Positions 1-14,400 of a DNA stretch of 64,000 nucleotides are shown here, in pieces. The position numbers and the translations under genes were made by a program. This DNA is from Eledone cirrhosa. Its lineage: Eukaryota. Each line of letters opens with the position of its first letter. The stretch's first letter is position 1. A model generated the notes under the pieces. It saw only the letters and a program-made list of their open reading frames with translations. It ran no database searches and was not told the DNA's origin. The stretch spans positions 310,620,001 through 310,684,000 of the forward strand of contig OZ024740.1 of the NCBI GenBank assembly GCA_964016885.1, in the 5' to 3' direction.

Positions 1-751
1 TATTTTTTACTTCATCTGTATTTATCAATTTTTTTCTCAATTTTGAGAGATTTTTCTGGTATACACCTTAAAACCATCAGTAAAAGAATCTCCATCAAAG
101 AATAAAAAGCTCCTGTGATCTTGGAGTTTCCACCTCCTTGGCAGGATGTTGTTCAAATTAGAAAGCTCCTCCTACCCATTATCATTTTATTATTTACAAA
201 CACCCTAAAATGGAACCATCGAACAGCAATCTCCTTTCCTCAAACTTCGCCCAGATAAACATCCCGCCCCCGCAATTCTCAGTGAATTTTTCAAACATGT
301 ACTTTATAGAAACATTAAATACATAACCTACATTGTAAGCAAGAGCAACATTTTGCTATATTCGTTGTTAAATCGATGATATTTCCACAGTTACCATGAC
401 GCATTCATCCATTCACAGATACATACGGGCATATATGTCTATATTTTTTTTTCATTCGTCACCCAAGATATCAAAAATAATAAATCATCCTCAACAAGCA
501 GACATGGTGGGGTTGCCGGTTTGACTGGCCTATCTAGAATGGCTGGAGATAGATAGGGGGCTGGTAGGTGTTATGTGGTGTATGCGAAGAGTGAAGACGG
601 GAAATAGGTTTCAGAGAAAACAACGCAAAACGTGGGATAGACAACAGTCGACGTCTATGAAATAAACTTTTCAGGAGAGAAAACAAAAAAAAAGAGATAT
701 TGGAAAAGTAGAAGAGTGAAGACCTCAATCATAGGGGCCCGAAATAAAGAT

Positions 752-1702
752 ATATTTCTTTATTTGCCACAAGGGCCCCAAAAATTGGACATTACAAGAC
801 GTGACGTCGGGGGGGGGGGGATTACATAAAATCTTTAACAATAATAATGGATAAAAATAAAATATATGCAAAATAAAACAATCGAAATCTCCAATAGGGG
901 GGAAAGTTACTGCGGGGTTGTTTTACATCCCGTGGATAAAACAACCTTCAACACCAGGAACACGTTTTGTAGGTGTTCCCGTCTTGTTTGTCTTCCACAG
1001 TATTATATACACGAGAAGGCCCATTCACTCGGGATATTTTCGCCACATTCACCCACCTTTCAGCGAATTTACTGGGGTGTAGCACCTCTTTCTCCACTCA
1101 CACCTTCCTTCTGAAGTGGAACTTAAAGAAGGGGATAAGTTGCTGTCCGGAGAGAAAGGTGTTTGCCCTCAGTCCTTGTAAACTCGTCCACCATATTACT
1201 TCTTTCGCCATAGCCACCAGACAGAGGAAAACCGCTTCTCCTTCATTCTTAAATGAAGACGGCGGGGTGATCTCCACGATGGACTCGGCTGACAACTGGA
1301 TGCGTCCCACACGTGACAGTAGCTGTTCGACATCATTCCACAGGTCAGTCACCCCTCGGCATTGCACAATTACGTGCAGAACGGTTTCGATGTCCTGCTC
1401 GCATCTTGGACATGTCCTTTAGCAGGATCTCTGCCAGGGCGTCCGTATCTGTAGATTTTGTCTTGAACTGATAGAGCGCCTCGGTAGCACTGCTAGGCCA
1501 GAGATCTCTGGAAGTTATCCATAGGCCCTGGACGGAATGTCCTCCCGAACAGACTGGTCAGTTCGACCTCCTCGATGCCTAAACTTTCCTCGAGAACGTC
1601 GTCGCACTTATCCTCCACTAATCCCCTAGAGAACGTCGAAGTGGAGTCACCGCTGATTGCCGTTTCCGCTTGGTAGAGGGCTGTGAGCACCTGAAGGCAC
1701 TT
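752..1702 (-). mobile_element. L1/Tx1-like non-LTR retrotransposon, 5'-truncated 3' fragment (zf-RVT-like C-terminus + 3' UTR)
   Basis: Minus-strand translation across ORFs 1493..1690 and 1098..1367 gives ...DNFQRSLA*.CYRGAL... then TCPRCEQDIETVLHVIVQC (CCHC knuckle) and AKEVIW, typical of L1/Tx1 ORF2 ends. AATAAA lies near 760 on the minus strand. Frame is disrupted. Confidence 0.7.
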
Positions 1703-2059
1703 TAGATAGATAGATAGATAGCTAGATATAGAGAGAGAGTGAGAGACAAACAGATTGTTGGAACAAAAAGAGACGGCTTAGACTTAATTCTTTAGTCAGC
1801 GCTTGAAAGATTGGCCTACCGGGAGTCAACTCCATTTTGCGGTGCTCCTCATTAAACGACGATGAAGTGCAGTTTAAAGAGACCAGCTATAGTTATTAGT
1901 TATCTACATATATAAAAGCAGACCAACAAAACAAAACCAGTACGTATATGCGTACACCAAGAGAGAGAAGGGGGAGAGAGAGGGAGAAAGAGATAGTGAT
2001 TGACGGGGAGGGGAAAACAACACGGTCCCCTCTAGTCGAAGCGTGAAAATAGGAAATTC

Positions 2060-2260
2060 ATTTTAGAGAGCATCGAACACCATGCTTTGTCGCATAGAAT
2101 TACGTCCTTTTACGTTCTGAATTCATATCCTGCCGAGGTTAGATTTGCCTTTCATCCTTGCGAGGTCGATAAAATAGAGTACTAGTAACGAACAGGGTCG
2201 ATTTAATGGACTTTCCCTTACCATAAATGTGTTGGCCTTGTACCTAAATCAGAAGCCATT
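2060..2260 (+). mobile_element. tRNA-derived SINE, diverged, 5'-truncated copy
   Basis: Matches the family core GCCGAGGT..(A/C)TTTGCCTTTCATCCTT..G.GGTCGATAAAATA and the 3' GGCCTTGT.CC.AAAT.AGAA seen in the 11287, 15708, 16493 and 27783 copies. Confidence 0.75.
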
Positions 2261-2270
2261 ATCAGTATTA

Positions 2271-2440
2271 TGGTGGATTAGCAGTATCGGTAGAGCGTCG
2301 AACAGGCTCTATTGCATATAGTTTCGTCCCTTTACGTTCTGAGTTCAAATCCCGTACTAGTAAAGTAAAAGTATCGCATTGGGTCGATTTAATCGGCTTA
2401 CTATTTCACAAAATTGTTGGACTAAATTAGAAACCATTAT
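2271..2440 (+). mobile_element. tRNA-derived SINE, internally deleted copy
   Basis: Head TGGTGGATTAGCAGTATCGGTAGAG (A-box-like) and B-box GAGTTCAAATCCC are present. The central core is missing. Ends in AAATTAGAAACCATTAT. Confidence 0.7.
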
Positions 2441-3279
2441 AATTGTTAGTGTTGATATTTTGGTATTGCTACTTTTGCTGTTGTTGTCATAGTTGTTTTA
2501 TGATCACGATAATTACAACAGCCTCAAAATGTGTAGACGGGAATGTTCCTTGGCCATCTCTTGATAGCTATAATAATGAAGATAATAATTAACACTCCTA
2601 CATGTAATTATCTCTATCTTTCAAAACCATTTATCTCTAATGATGTTCATTAATATAATGCACCATAGTTTTATTAATATTTCTATATTTTCCAGTTATC
2701 TGTCTATGTTTATGTTTACTTATAATTTACACAAATATATTGTGTGAACATTTCTTTTTCAATAATATAATTAAGTATCTATATTGTTAAGAGTTGGCCG
2801 TATTAATTAAAGGTTACTTTCTATTAGGGTAATTACAATGATAACAGATAACTGCACACGTATTAACAACAAAGATTTCAAACGAATATTATTTTAATAT
2901 TATTTTCATATTGTGTATGCATTTATGTCTTCGATTCACTGCAACTATTAACACATTCATACATATAATAGATATTTGAGTCTCCCAACCACGTCTATAT
3001 ATGTATATGTAAATATATATATATGTATGCATCTCTCTTTCTCTCTCTCTCTATATATATATATATATAAATACATATGTGCGCGCGTGTGTGTGTGAAT
3101 ATATATATATGTATATATAAGTGTGTGTGTGTGTGCGCGCGCGCGTGGTCTGTGGTCGTGTACGTTAAAGAGATGATTTGAATCGATGAAATATTAGATT
3201 TTACAGAAGATAAATATAACATAATGGAAATTTCTTAAAGAACCAACATATCACATCTTGATCTCTATATCACGTATAC

Positions 3280-3385
<106 letters not shown>

Positions 3386-4299
3386 GACACCCGCATATAC
3401 ATTATACATATTTACATTCATATACATTATATATGTGTGTGTCTGTTAATGTAATTAATAAGTAAATTACGTCGCCGTAAATTTATCTGTAAGCCATGTT
3501 TTAAAACATACCTCATGGCCTTTACAAGAAGATCTAAGTGAAATACCTTGTGTTGTTATATGGCTAGACAGCAAAAACTATCTCTCTGGAAAAAGCCTCA
3601 TTAATATGAGAAATAAAATTCAATGTGCTTTTAGCTTTAAAATAGTAGGCCTGACGTCAAAAGCCAGAGGTTAAAGAGGAAGCTAGAAATAGACCCATAA
3701 AAAACCTCTAAATAAAAACAACTGCTTGAAAAAAAGGCGACAAGGAACGACGCATGACCACGGTTCTCGTGTTAGATGGATTACAATATTCATTATTGTA
3801 AATACTTTCACCATTCCCTGACTAGTAGAACCAGTTTCAACATAACATCACTCTAACGAAGTAAATCTGATTTTCGCCAACAAACCACGTGTAGAACTGA
3901 GTGAAAATAATATAAATCCCTACATCACGTAGGATCACAGTAAGTACATCCCGAATTCTACAATATACACATGTAGATACGTGCCACACACGCATATACA
4001 CACAAAGCGAAAATAAATCATACTATTTCGTGTGTGAGATACTATACCGAACATCGTAAAGTACATTATAAAAATAATCTGGACATTGACTTCATTTCTA
4101 AACCACATACATCTGTTAATTATTAATACGTGTGCAGAGATTTTTGTATACACTCACTTACAATACTTAGGAAAATGGAAACAAAAAACAAAAAACATTT
4201 TATTTATCTCGTTAACAAGTGTGCTAAACTTACGCAGCATATCTATTTGTTTAGCTTTTGTTCTACTGTACGGATGGACAGACAGAGCAAAATTGCTAT

Positions 4300-7200
4300 A
4301 GCGACATCCGCGGATGAAGTATGTGACAAAACTGGTCGATCTTCCAAAATAGAACATTGCTCAGAAAATCACGTATGTCATCTTTGTACAGAACCCGAGA
4401 ACTCGGTACATCGATAGGTTTAATGTGGTAAATGTCGTGTTTCTGTCTGCCTTCAATGTGCCACAAACTTTCGAATGATCCCAGGTCAAAAAAGGGGCAC
4501 CATATTTCTATGATGGATGAACTATGGGAAATGGCCCAGCTACCAAATTGGTTTTTTCAGTGCCTGGCCTGTGTGTCTTCCTCTACCGTTCCTGTTGAAC
4601 AACAACAAAAACTGACGAGCGTGTCTTTCTCTACCATTGCTGCTGAACACCCGCAAAAACCGACGACCGTAGCTTCCGCTACTACTCCTGTTTAACATCA
4701 TCAACAACAACAACCCATGTCTTCCTCTCTCGTTACTATTCAACAACAACAACCGACGACAGTGACTTCCCCTACCGTTCCTGTTGAAGACCAACAACAA
4801 AATCGACGATCAATACAGAGGTTGTGGAAATTCGACAAATAATTTCTGCTTTAAGCCAAAAAATAGCAGGAGTCAAATCAAGCATTCGTGTAGAACCTCA
4901 CAATGAGAGATCTTAACGGAGTGCCTTGCTAAAAAATCTGCGCATTGAGAAAGCCACTGAATCTGTCACCCACGAAGTAATTGCCATTGGTGTATCAGAA
5001 GACATAGTTGATCTTCAGGCATTTGCTGGCAGCTCATCAAAAGGCCCAGGCTGTGCTCCCTCGCAGAGTGCTCTCTGCCTTGGTCGACCGGGTCTTGAAC
5101 CCAGACTAATTAGGCTGTCTTTTTCAAACTCTACTGAGGCACATACACACCATTTAGCCTGTGATAAAGCTAGACGTGAAAATCGGATTAGCTTTTAAAC
5201 ACGCCGTGGTGTATGTCCAAAGCTACGTGCTGTAGCTTCCTTAAATCGCAACTCAGCACAATATGAAAGCTTCAGCCTAAGTGAGGATGGGGAGAAATTG
5301 AAGTTTATTAAGTCTGGTGAAACATGAAAAAGAGATACCATCTGGTGTAGGGACACTGTACCCACAATAGCTGGAAATAAAAACCTGTCAGAAAATAAAT
5401 CAGAAAAACCTGCCATCCTCTATACACCATCATAAACTGAAATCAAGGTACAAATTGTTGGCCTTAAATGCTCGTAGTTTATACAAGATACATCTTTTTG
5501 ATTCTTACGTCAAAAGTATCGACCCAGATTTCATTACAATCCCGTAAACATGGGCGCATTATTTACTCTGTGATGGGGTTTTCAGCATAGCAGTCTACAA
5601 CTTGTTTCACAAAGACCGCATTAATCGTCGTGGTGGTGGTGTGATGGTCTACGTTCGTTCAAACTTTTCAGCAATTCTTTGCGTTGATTTGAACCAATCA
5701 CAACTAGAAGTATTTTTCTGCGATATATGTATGGCCATGTCAACACTTCTGCTTGGAGTTGTTTACCGCCCCCAAATTACCATCAGGACACACGGCTTTG
5801 TGATATTCTCAGCGCTGCTCCCAGGAAAGCAACCACTTACGTTTTCATTGCAGGCGATCACCCTGAGATGGATTGGGAAACCTTTCGTTGACCGCAAAGT
5901 GCAAATGATTTCCTTGAGCTAGTGCTGGACTCGATCTGGTCACAAGTAGTCACCGTCCCCACAACAGGTGACAACACTTTGGATCTGCTCTTTACCACTA
6001 CTCCTGAAATGGTTAATAGTGTCACTACTGAGGAACCTTTAGGTGACTGATTATGCTATGAGTATTGCCAATCTCTCTCTCTTCTGGGCAGTAACAGCAA
6101 CCACAACCATCTTCAAGCTATTCGCTTTGACTGGAATAGAGCAGACTGGAACTTTTGCTGCACCGAGCTATAACGCCCAAACTGGCTTAGATTTTACAAC
6201 TCTGGAGATATGAACACTATACTTCAGAACATATGAACTCGATATGGACAGCACGTGCAGCTGCAGTACCACGTAAACACAAAAAACATCCCAAAAGTGC
6301 AATTTCGGAGACTGCAGCAGTCCTACTTACCAGGTTGCATTGCTGAACGGGAATCAAACTGCATAGATCAGATATCAATAGAAAAAAGAGAAAACAATCA
6401 TCCAACAATCTCAAGTAGGTGACAAAAAAGGCATTGCTTGAATTTGAACCGCACATAGCAACCAACCCTGACAGTAAGGTGTTCTGTAAATATGTGCATT
6501 CAAAGCAGAGACCTCACTCTCCAGTTTGTCCTCTTCTCAATCCCCACACAAGCCAGATTAGTGACGATCCCAAAGAATGCGCAGAACTCATTGCTGAATG
6601 CTATGCAGGCATTTCTACTGTTGGAAAATAAAACGTACCATCTCCACCACCTCTGACATCAAATTCTATACCAACAATGTAATTTTACACTTGCAAGGCT
6701 GCGACGTCACCTTAAAAATAAGCGCAACTATGCCTCTCCTGGTCTTGAAGGTGTTACGTACCTGCTTCTCAGAAATGGTGACTATTTTCCTCTGCACAGC
6801 CTTATTCGACCCTCGAATTTGGATTTTTCCCGAACTCCAGCTGCTGTGATCAACTAAACGAGTTTCTTGAAGACATCACCCGGATCACTGATGGCGTCTC
6901 ATGGGTTTACATTGACTTTGCTAAAGCTTTTAATTCTGTGCCACACAAAAGCCTTAATGGCGAAACTCTTTGTAATGGGTGTGACAGATGATCTCTATAG
7001 CTGGTTGAAGTCCTTCATTCTCAGGCGAAAATAGGTAGTCTCGGTTCTAGGACAACATTCTTCACCCTATGAGATGTCATCTTGTGTACCGCAGGGATCT
7101 GTTCTTGGTCCCCTTTTGTTTGTTGCATATACTAGTGACATAGATGCCAACTTAGAGAATGCCGCAGTGCTGAAATATGCAGATGACATCAAGCTGTACG

Positions 7201-7728
7201 TTGAGATAAAAAGGACACACCCTGAACACTATAGAGTTTTCCTGCAATTAGACCTGCACACAATGCAGCAATGGATCACGGACTGGCAACTACTCTCCAT
7301 TAGGCGAATACCCTCCATTAGGCATCTACCATACTCTGAAGGCCTTGCTTCTCTGGGTATGGATACATTGAAGCTTTGACGTCTGACAACTGACTTCGTA
7401 AACACCCAAAAATGTGTTAACCATCTTGCCAACAACCCTGAGCGCCTTTTTGAATTCCATGTATCTAACACCCATAGGCATGCATATAAAGTCAGAAAAC
7501 AGCACAGCTCCCATGACTTTCGGAAACATTTTTTTCACGCTCAGAGTTGCTGAAGCATGGAACAAAGTATCTGCACCAGTTGTTAACTGCCGGGACATTA
7601 CATCCTTTAAAACCTCCATGCTTCCTGAAATTTACCAGCACTACATCTGATATTACCCCTCCATAGACACGCACGTATATCATGACTCACACACTGTTCG
7701 CTTTCCTGAGATTTGTACATTATTCTAT

Positions 7729-7772
<44 letters not shown>

Positions 7773-7775
7773 ATA

Positions 7776-7810
<35 letters not shown>

Positions 7811-7813
7811 ATA

Positions 7814-7884
<71 letters not shown>

Positions 7885-7887
7885 ATA

Positions 7888-7933
<46 letters not shown>

Positions 7934-7995
7934 CTTTGATGAGTTGTAGTGCCTCTGAGCACTCTACACAATAATTTCATTATTATTATTATTAT
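4300..7995 (+). mobile_element. Decayed near-full-length CR1-group LINE (ORF1 remnant, APE endonuclease, RT, 3' tail)
   Basis: Cys-rich ORF1-like start (~4370-4580) and LGRPGLEPRLIRLSF (4926..5198). APE motifs KDRINRRGGGVMVYVR, LGVVYRP and PTTGDNTLDLLFT. RT motifs YIDFAKAFNSVPH, VPQGSVLGPLLF and YADDIKL. C-terminal FFTLRVAEAWN. Many stops, frameshifts and deletions. The 3' end (7931-7995) has a (TAT)n tail and is separated from the body by a TA tract. Confidence 0.85.
7732..7929. repeat. (TA)n tract interrupted three times by GTACATAGAA
   Basis: Direct reading. The interrupting unit is the reverse complement of the flank at 7721-7733. Confidence 0.95.
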
Positions 7996-10399
7996 ATTAA
8001 CTCTACCTAGATTAATTTAATCAATTAAAGGGTGTAGTAATAATATAAGAATAGGCTAAAATAATATCTATACCACCTTAAATAGCTCAAATGTCATATA
8101 ATTTGAAGTTTCATTTTTCCGAAATTGTATTTAGGGGTAAAAATTTACAGTATATTAAAAGAAGCACTGTAAGTAACAAATACATTTTTAGAATAAAAAT
8201 ATTATTTCAACTGTGTATATATATATATATATATTTATATACACATAAATGCATATATACACAGGTATATATGTTCCTATATTCAGTTAAGTAACTACAT
8301 TTTATATATAATATCTTTTCATTGTTTTTCAATCATTTTTTATCCATCATTCAACGTCTCTATAGTCAAATTTCCATCCCACCGTATGAACTCAACACTT
8401 TTAACCTCCAAATCTGCATTCTCATCCGCTTCCTTCCTGTTTTTTTTTTGCTGTCTATAAATACACCAAACGTTCAAATTCTCTCTTTCTCCTTTCTCTC
8501 TCCCTCCCTTTCTCTTTCTTTCTCTCTATCTAACTACTTATCCATATCTTAATTTTTTCAATGACTCTACAACTGCCTTGCCACTATTGTCAAACTACAT
8601 TTTCCTGTATGCTAGTATCTCTCCTTTTCCCTCACATTTCTGCATTAACATCGGATGTTAGCATAGAAAGGTTAAAGTGAAAACATAAAGATAAAAATAT
8701 ACAAAATATCAGTTAAAATAAATTGCAAACAAACCAAAAATAACATCTATTAAAATACAATGGTGGCAATTTTCTATAAATAGTTGCCATTGAACGATTG
8801 TTCAATTCAGCTTCACTCAACAATTGGTGCTAATGGGTTTAAACCACTTCCGGCAGCTTAATATTCCCCTGTTAAGCATTTTATAGGATATATTCTAACT
8901 ATCGTCACCAGTATTTCCACTCAATAAGAATAAAGATTTTTTTTCCTACGGCTAAGCTAACTGAATATAATCAAGCAGGCTGGCTGAAGTTTATTTCTGG
9001 CAGGGATTATTGTGATCCTTTGAATTCAGAATGTATAAATACAAAAATAAACGTACTTAGGGCATTTTGTCCGAATTTAACTGAAAGTAAAGGATTTATT
9101 TTCCTTAAGAAAAGAAGCCAATTGTTGAAAAGTAAATCAATACCGGGGAATAGATCTATCCTCCATGTTCTCATTTATTTTACCCTTGATAAAAAAAGAA
9201 TTATTCTCGGAATTTTGAAGCATCAAACGATATGACATTTAAGATTATCTCTGAAATATCTGTTCTAATTGTAGACATTTTAACATACAGAGAAACCTCG
9301 AGCTAACATGATAGCATATATGTTGCTCGTCCTGATAGAAATGCCAGCTAAACAGACGCGAGTTCCACACTACTGTATAAATAAATTATTGGTTAATTAT
9401 GACCCACCGTAAGAAACATAGGATAGGATTGTCATAGCTAGAATAATATTTACTGTAGGTCTGCTACACACCTCCTACACATCGCTCAAATACTGACCAG
9501 CTAGCCAAACAACAAGATACCTTTTTGCATTGACACGCGTTCATGATCCGGCGCATTAACTCATTCGGTTAGATAAAAACTGTGTCATTATTATGAACTG
9601 CTAAAGTACCACAAACCAATGCTACCCATTAGATTGAGCTCACAACAATAATAGACCCACAAAGGAGTTGCAATTTCATTCTATGTTAAAACAATAAAAT
9701 AGTATGTGCGGAACAAGAGCTGAGAATTAGGATTAATCTCAAGCCTGCCTACCATTGACACTATTGAAAGCACAAAATGCAATGGAGACCTAGAAAGATG
9801 TTATACATTCCAAGACCTTAACTGCGTACAATGCATATTACACCAAACTTGCTCTTTCAATCTGCAACCAAATGCTAAGGAGGTAATGTGTACACTTCAA
9901 CCCCAAAACCATCAATATCCCCAGTAAATAGTTACAGGGGAGTAGCGGAGGATATATACATCGATTTGATGACTTACCTGAACAGTTGCATTCAATTAAG
10001 CTAAACAATGGAGCTTGAAGATATTGTAGCAGAAATACCGTTCGCTTACCTTTTCTTAATCTTAGCTGCAAAAGCTGGGTTTTTTTAACAAATTTTATTT
10101 ATCACGTTCAAAATATCAATAAGTCGCTATTATTGATTTTGTCTTTTGTTTGGTTTAAATTGTGCTCCAGAAATGTTCCAGTAAATTATAGACCAAATGT
10201 TTGAATGTATAGAGTTTATTTCCAACTTGATGTCATCCAGAAAGCAGCACGAAACCGCACTGGATATGGCATTATAATGCAAAAGGTCACAGATAGTGTC
10301 ACACTAAACATAGACCAATACGTGCAACAGAAAATGAATATTTCTGCTGGTGTGATGTATTTGTAATAAAAAGAACAAATTAGCTTCACAGATAGATAG

Positions 10400-10750
10400 A
10401 TCGCGGGGAGAGGAATAAGACGCGTCCGTTCAAAATCGTTCAAAGCACGTTGCTCTTGCAATATCTCATCTTAGTACCAAGCAAAAGTTGTTGCTCCTTT
10501 AGATTTCGTTGTGTTGCCTAAAGACAGCCGAAGTTCTGTTTATTTTGCAATTAATTGTTTTCATAATACCCCCATCTCTGTTGATAGAGCTTCCGATTTA
10601 GGTAAACTCGTCCGCGACATCCATATCCCCCTGGTTTATTCAGATTTTGTTGATGATGGATGAATACCAACTAGCATTTTCTTGGGCTTTTTGACACTTA
10701 TATGTAGACCGATACTGGCTGCCGATGGCCCTATCCGTCCACTTCAATGT
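10400..10750 (-). mobile_element. Old RTE-clade LINE fragment (RT C-terminal part)
   Basis: Minus translation ASIGLHISVKKPKKM ... DVADEFT*IGSSINRDGGIMKTINCKINRTSAVFRQ resembles the RTE V..F.YLGS.I..DG....I..RI..A...F motif. Confidence 0.6.
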
Positions 10751-10873
10751 CGCTTTTGTTGATTAGATTCATTCAATTTTTATTGTGAACGAAAGAAAAT
10801 AAGATAATTATACATTTTCATAATCATTAGCAATTCGACCTATAAATGATATTCATATTTATCATTCATAACG

Positions 10874-11048
<175 letters not shown>

Positions 11049-11286
11049 TGGTAAGAATATGAATGTATCAAGATGTATGTACGTACACCTGTGTGTATAG
11101 ATTTAATGTTTATGCATGTATACATGTAACTTTATCCCACCTGATAACCAGCCTCGAACCTCTGACCCTGGAAATTCCGCAAAGATCTCCATATTCTAGC
11201 AGGCTTAGGAGTAAATATGGGGCAGATAGATGCGACCGTCTAGCCAGCATGCACAACATCAAAACACGAACATCAGACCCATTAAG

Positions 11287-11472
11287 GGTGGTGGATTGGC
11301 AGTATCGGTAGAGGGTCGGACGCCATGCTTTGCAGCACAGTTACGTCCCTTTACGGACTGAGTTCAAAACCCGCCGAGGTTAACTTTGCCTTTCATCCTT
11401 AAGGGGTCGATAAAATAAAGTACCAGTAATACACTGGAATAATTGCTGGCCTTGTGCCAAAATTAGAAACAA
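11287..11472 (+). mobile_element. tRNA-derived SINE, full-length
   Basis: A-box-like TGGCAGTATCGG, B-box GAGTTCAAAACCC, central core TTTGCCTTTCATCCTTAAGGGGTCGATAAAATAAAGTACCAG, 3' GGCCTTGTGCCAAAATTAGAAACAA. Confidence 0.88.
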
Positions 11473-14400
11473 ACATATCATAACATATATTAATTGAACA
11501 TTCAGCCAGTCTGCGACACCAGATATGCAGGGCAGAAGACGTGCCAGACTCAAAGATGCCTACAGAACGCCCATGAATATAATGTCGCTATACTATATCT
11601 GAGTTAATGACGCTACCCAGATGTAAACTTCCTCATGATTGCTCCCTCATCTGTCGTCGCTGACTAATCGACACTCCCACGTGCTCTGAAACAACCAGTG
11701 GATCTTCTTAATAGCATGGGATTATAGTCTATTTTTCTCACTATGATACATTTCTTGTCTAAGGCATCTGATGAAATAGACAAGTTTCTGCCTGCAAACC
11801 GATGGTGGTGCCAAGAAAAATAAAACGATAATTACAAATACTATATATATATGTGTGTATGTGTGTTTGTGTATGTGTGTCTGTGTGTGTGCCTGTGTCT
11901 GTGTCTGCCTGTGTCTATCTGTGTGTGTGTGTAAACATATATATGTAGATACATATACACACACACACCCACGCACACATACATATACACATTTGGATTG
12001 TTGCCAAATCAAAACCCTTTAATATTCGTCCATATTAATCTCCCTTTTGTTGATTAGATTCATTCATGTTTATTGAGAAAGGATAGACAAAGCGATAATT
12101 ATGCAAACATTATTATAGTAATTAGCAATTCGTTGTATACATGATATTTATCTTTCATTGCTAAATATGAGTGGGTTTTATGTTTGATTATAACTCAGAA
12201 GCACAAGTATGACTATTTCCCTATATTATCATGAAGTGAATATTATAAATGATAAAAGATCAGTGAAACTTCATTTTTCATTCTATTGTTAAATTAAATA
12301 CATTTCCGTGATTTTCATGCTTTATTGATTTCTAGTTCGATAGTGCCAAAGTACGTTTACTAATTTTCCAGTATACTGGTTACAATTATCTTCTTTCACA
12401 CATCAATTATTTCTCTAGTCTACCAATCCTTACATTATGTAAACTATTTCACCATTTTGTCATTGTACACTCTATTTTTCTTCTAGATTAAACTTTATGA
12501 ACTCCATATTACGGGGGTGTCAGGGATCACCGGGCTTCCACAATAAGATAGTTTCTAATTTTCACTTAACAGCAAATGAATCGATACTACTGCATAGTAA
12601 TTTAATCATTTCGATGTGATATTGTTAAGTGATGCTTGATTTTTCTGCCTTAATTTATATCGTGTACAATGTATAATAGTGGGCTTCATTTTGAAAGGTT
12701 GATAAGACATAGCAAGAAATAGAGAAGCCGAATTATATTATCGCACTACAACATATCAATACACAGCATACGAGCGTATGTTTAAATGCACACATTCTAT
12801 GTCACGATGCATATAACTATGAGATGCTTCGAAGATACATTTTTACTATATCCCAGAAAGAATTAATACAATATAAACAACATTGTATGAAGAAATAGAT
12901 GCATAAAGAAATTTCTAACCCAATTAGGTAGGGTTAGAAATGTCGTTAGGCATTTATTTCTTCAAACAAATTTTTTACATTGTATTAATTCTTTCTGAAA
13001 TATAATAAAAATGTATCTTCGAAATATCTCATAGTTACATGCATCGTGGCATAGAATCTTTGCATTTAAATATCTCTTCCTTAATGCAAATATAACACAC
13101 ACAATTTCATAAATTACTCTACACAGAGAATATCCACGACCAAACAAAGAGATAGTATAACTGTTAGTAACATAACCAATGGAAATAAAAATTACACATT
13201 CTGTATTCTTAAACTATATTTACAATATACATTAAGAGTAATTGCCCTTCTTATTCGATCGAAATGTACCATAGCCAACAATCAAACCTACAGTAAACAG
13301 TATAAGTGACACAGACACTAAATTAGGAAAAAAATAGAACAGCATATCCAGTCAAGCAACAGGGTGTAAGTCCTAGAAAGACGGTTGACACTGATGATCA
13401 GAAGGTGGAAATGTCGTTTGTGCAATGCAGCACGTCCTGCTATCTATATGTAAATGATGCCTCAATATTAGTATTGATAGTGCAGTTCCAATAGAAATGT
13501 GAGCAGCTTTAACACAAAACGTAAGAAGCATATCCTCGATGTCGACTAGCTGCAGTTATTAGTAATCCTAATGTATCCTTGTAGTATTTGAAAGTCGTTT
13601 GGTTTCTTTATCTTAAGAGACCTTTGAAACATAACTTAGGTACACGAGGCCATCAAAGGTTGTTGTGATTACCATAATTAAATCGAGTCTTCAGTAAATG
13701 AGAATCAAGCAAAATAAGCTATAGAGAAGCCACAGGATATTTTCTTTATATTATTCATTCTAAACAGGGCGTACAGCCGACCAAGAAAAGGTGTATTGCC
13801 AATGTGAATTCAATATTCAAATACGAAGCCAAACATGACAATTTCAAGTAGTGACGGCAATTTTTCATAATCGAAAGTTAGTTATTTAAAAAGATAACAA
13901 ATATGTTATCAATCTCTTTATAATGTTTGAAAAACGATATTCATTGCAGAGATCCTTTGCATTTATATTGACGTCAAAACATAACTGAATATAGGGTTAC
14001 ATATTAATTCATAACCACTAATTTCTAAGATTTTTGTATCAATTTGTTTAATTGTACACTAGGATTGCAACACCAAAAATAGTACTCCAATTTCTTTTAG
14101 TCATTAGTCATGACAACAAATTACAGGAATAAAGAAATTACATACAATTCTAACAGTACAAACAAAAGCAAAAGTAGGGGTTTATTTCTTAACATATCAC
14201 ACAGCTTTAAGCATCAATCTAGAAAGCCAAAGCGATCATGATTTAGGTTAAATGAATACAAATTATTGCTGTGCAGAAAATCTGTAATTAATTGAAACCA
14301 ACATTGAGACGCAGTTATACAATATTAAAGATTGTTGTTTCGCAGGTAAAGTGTTTTCCTTCACTTGTTGTTTTTTTTTGCTTTTTTGCCACATAAAATC

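Noticed and set aside
4580-4810. Three ~75-bp imperfect repeats (CTACCGTTCCTGTTGAACAACAAC) as a CRISPR-like array
   Set aside because: Eukaryotic context, tandem degenerate units without unique spacers, and within the LINE ORF1 region.
9550-10080. Possible further decayed GIY-YIG/PLE remnant
   Set aside because: Too degenerate; no motif could be read with confidence.
11287-11372. tRNA gene
   Set aside because: The A/B boxes belong to a multi-copy SINE head, and there is no cloverleaf.
13385-13425. CTGATGA...GGAAATGTCGTT
   Set aside because: Stems I and II do not pair convincingly; compatible with chance.
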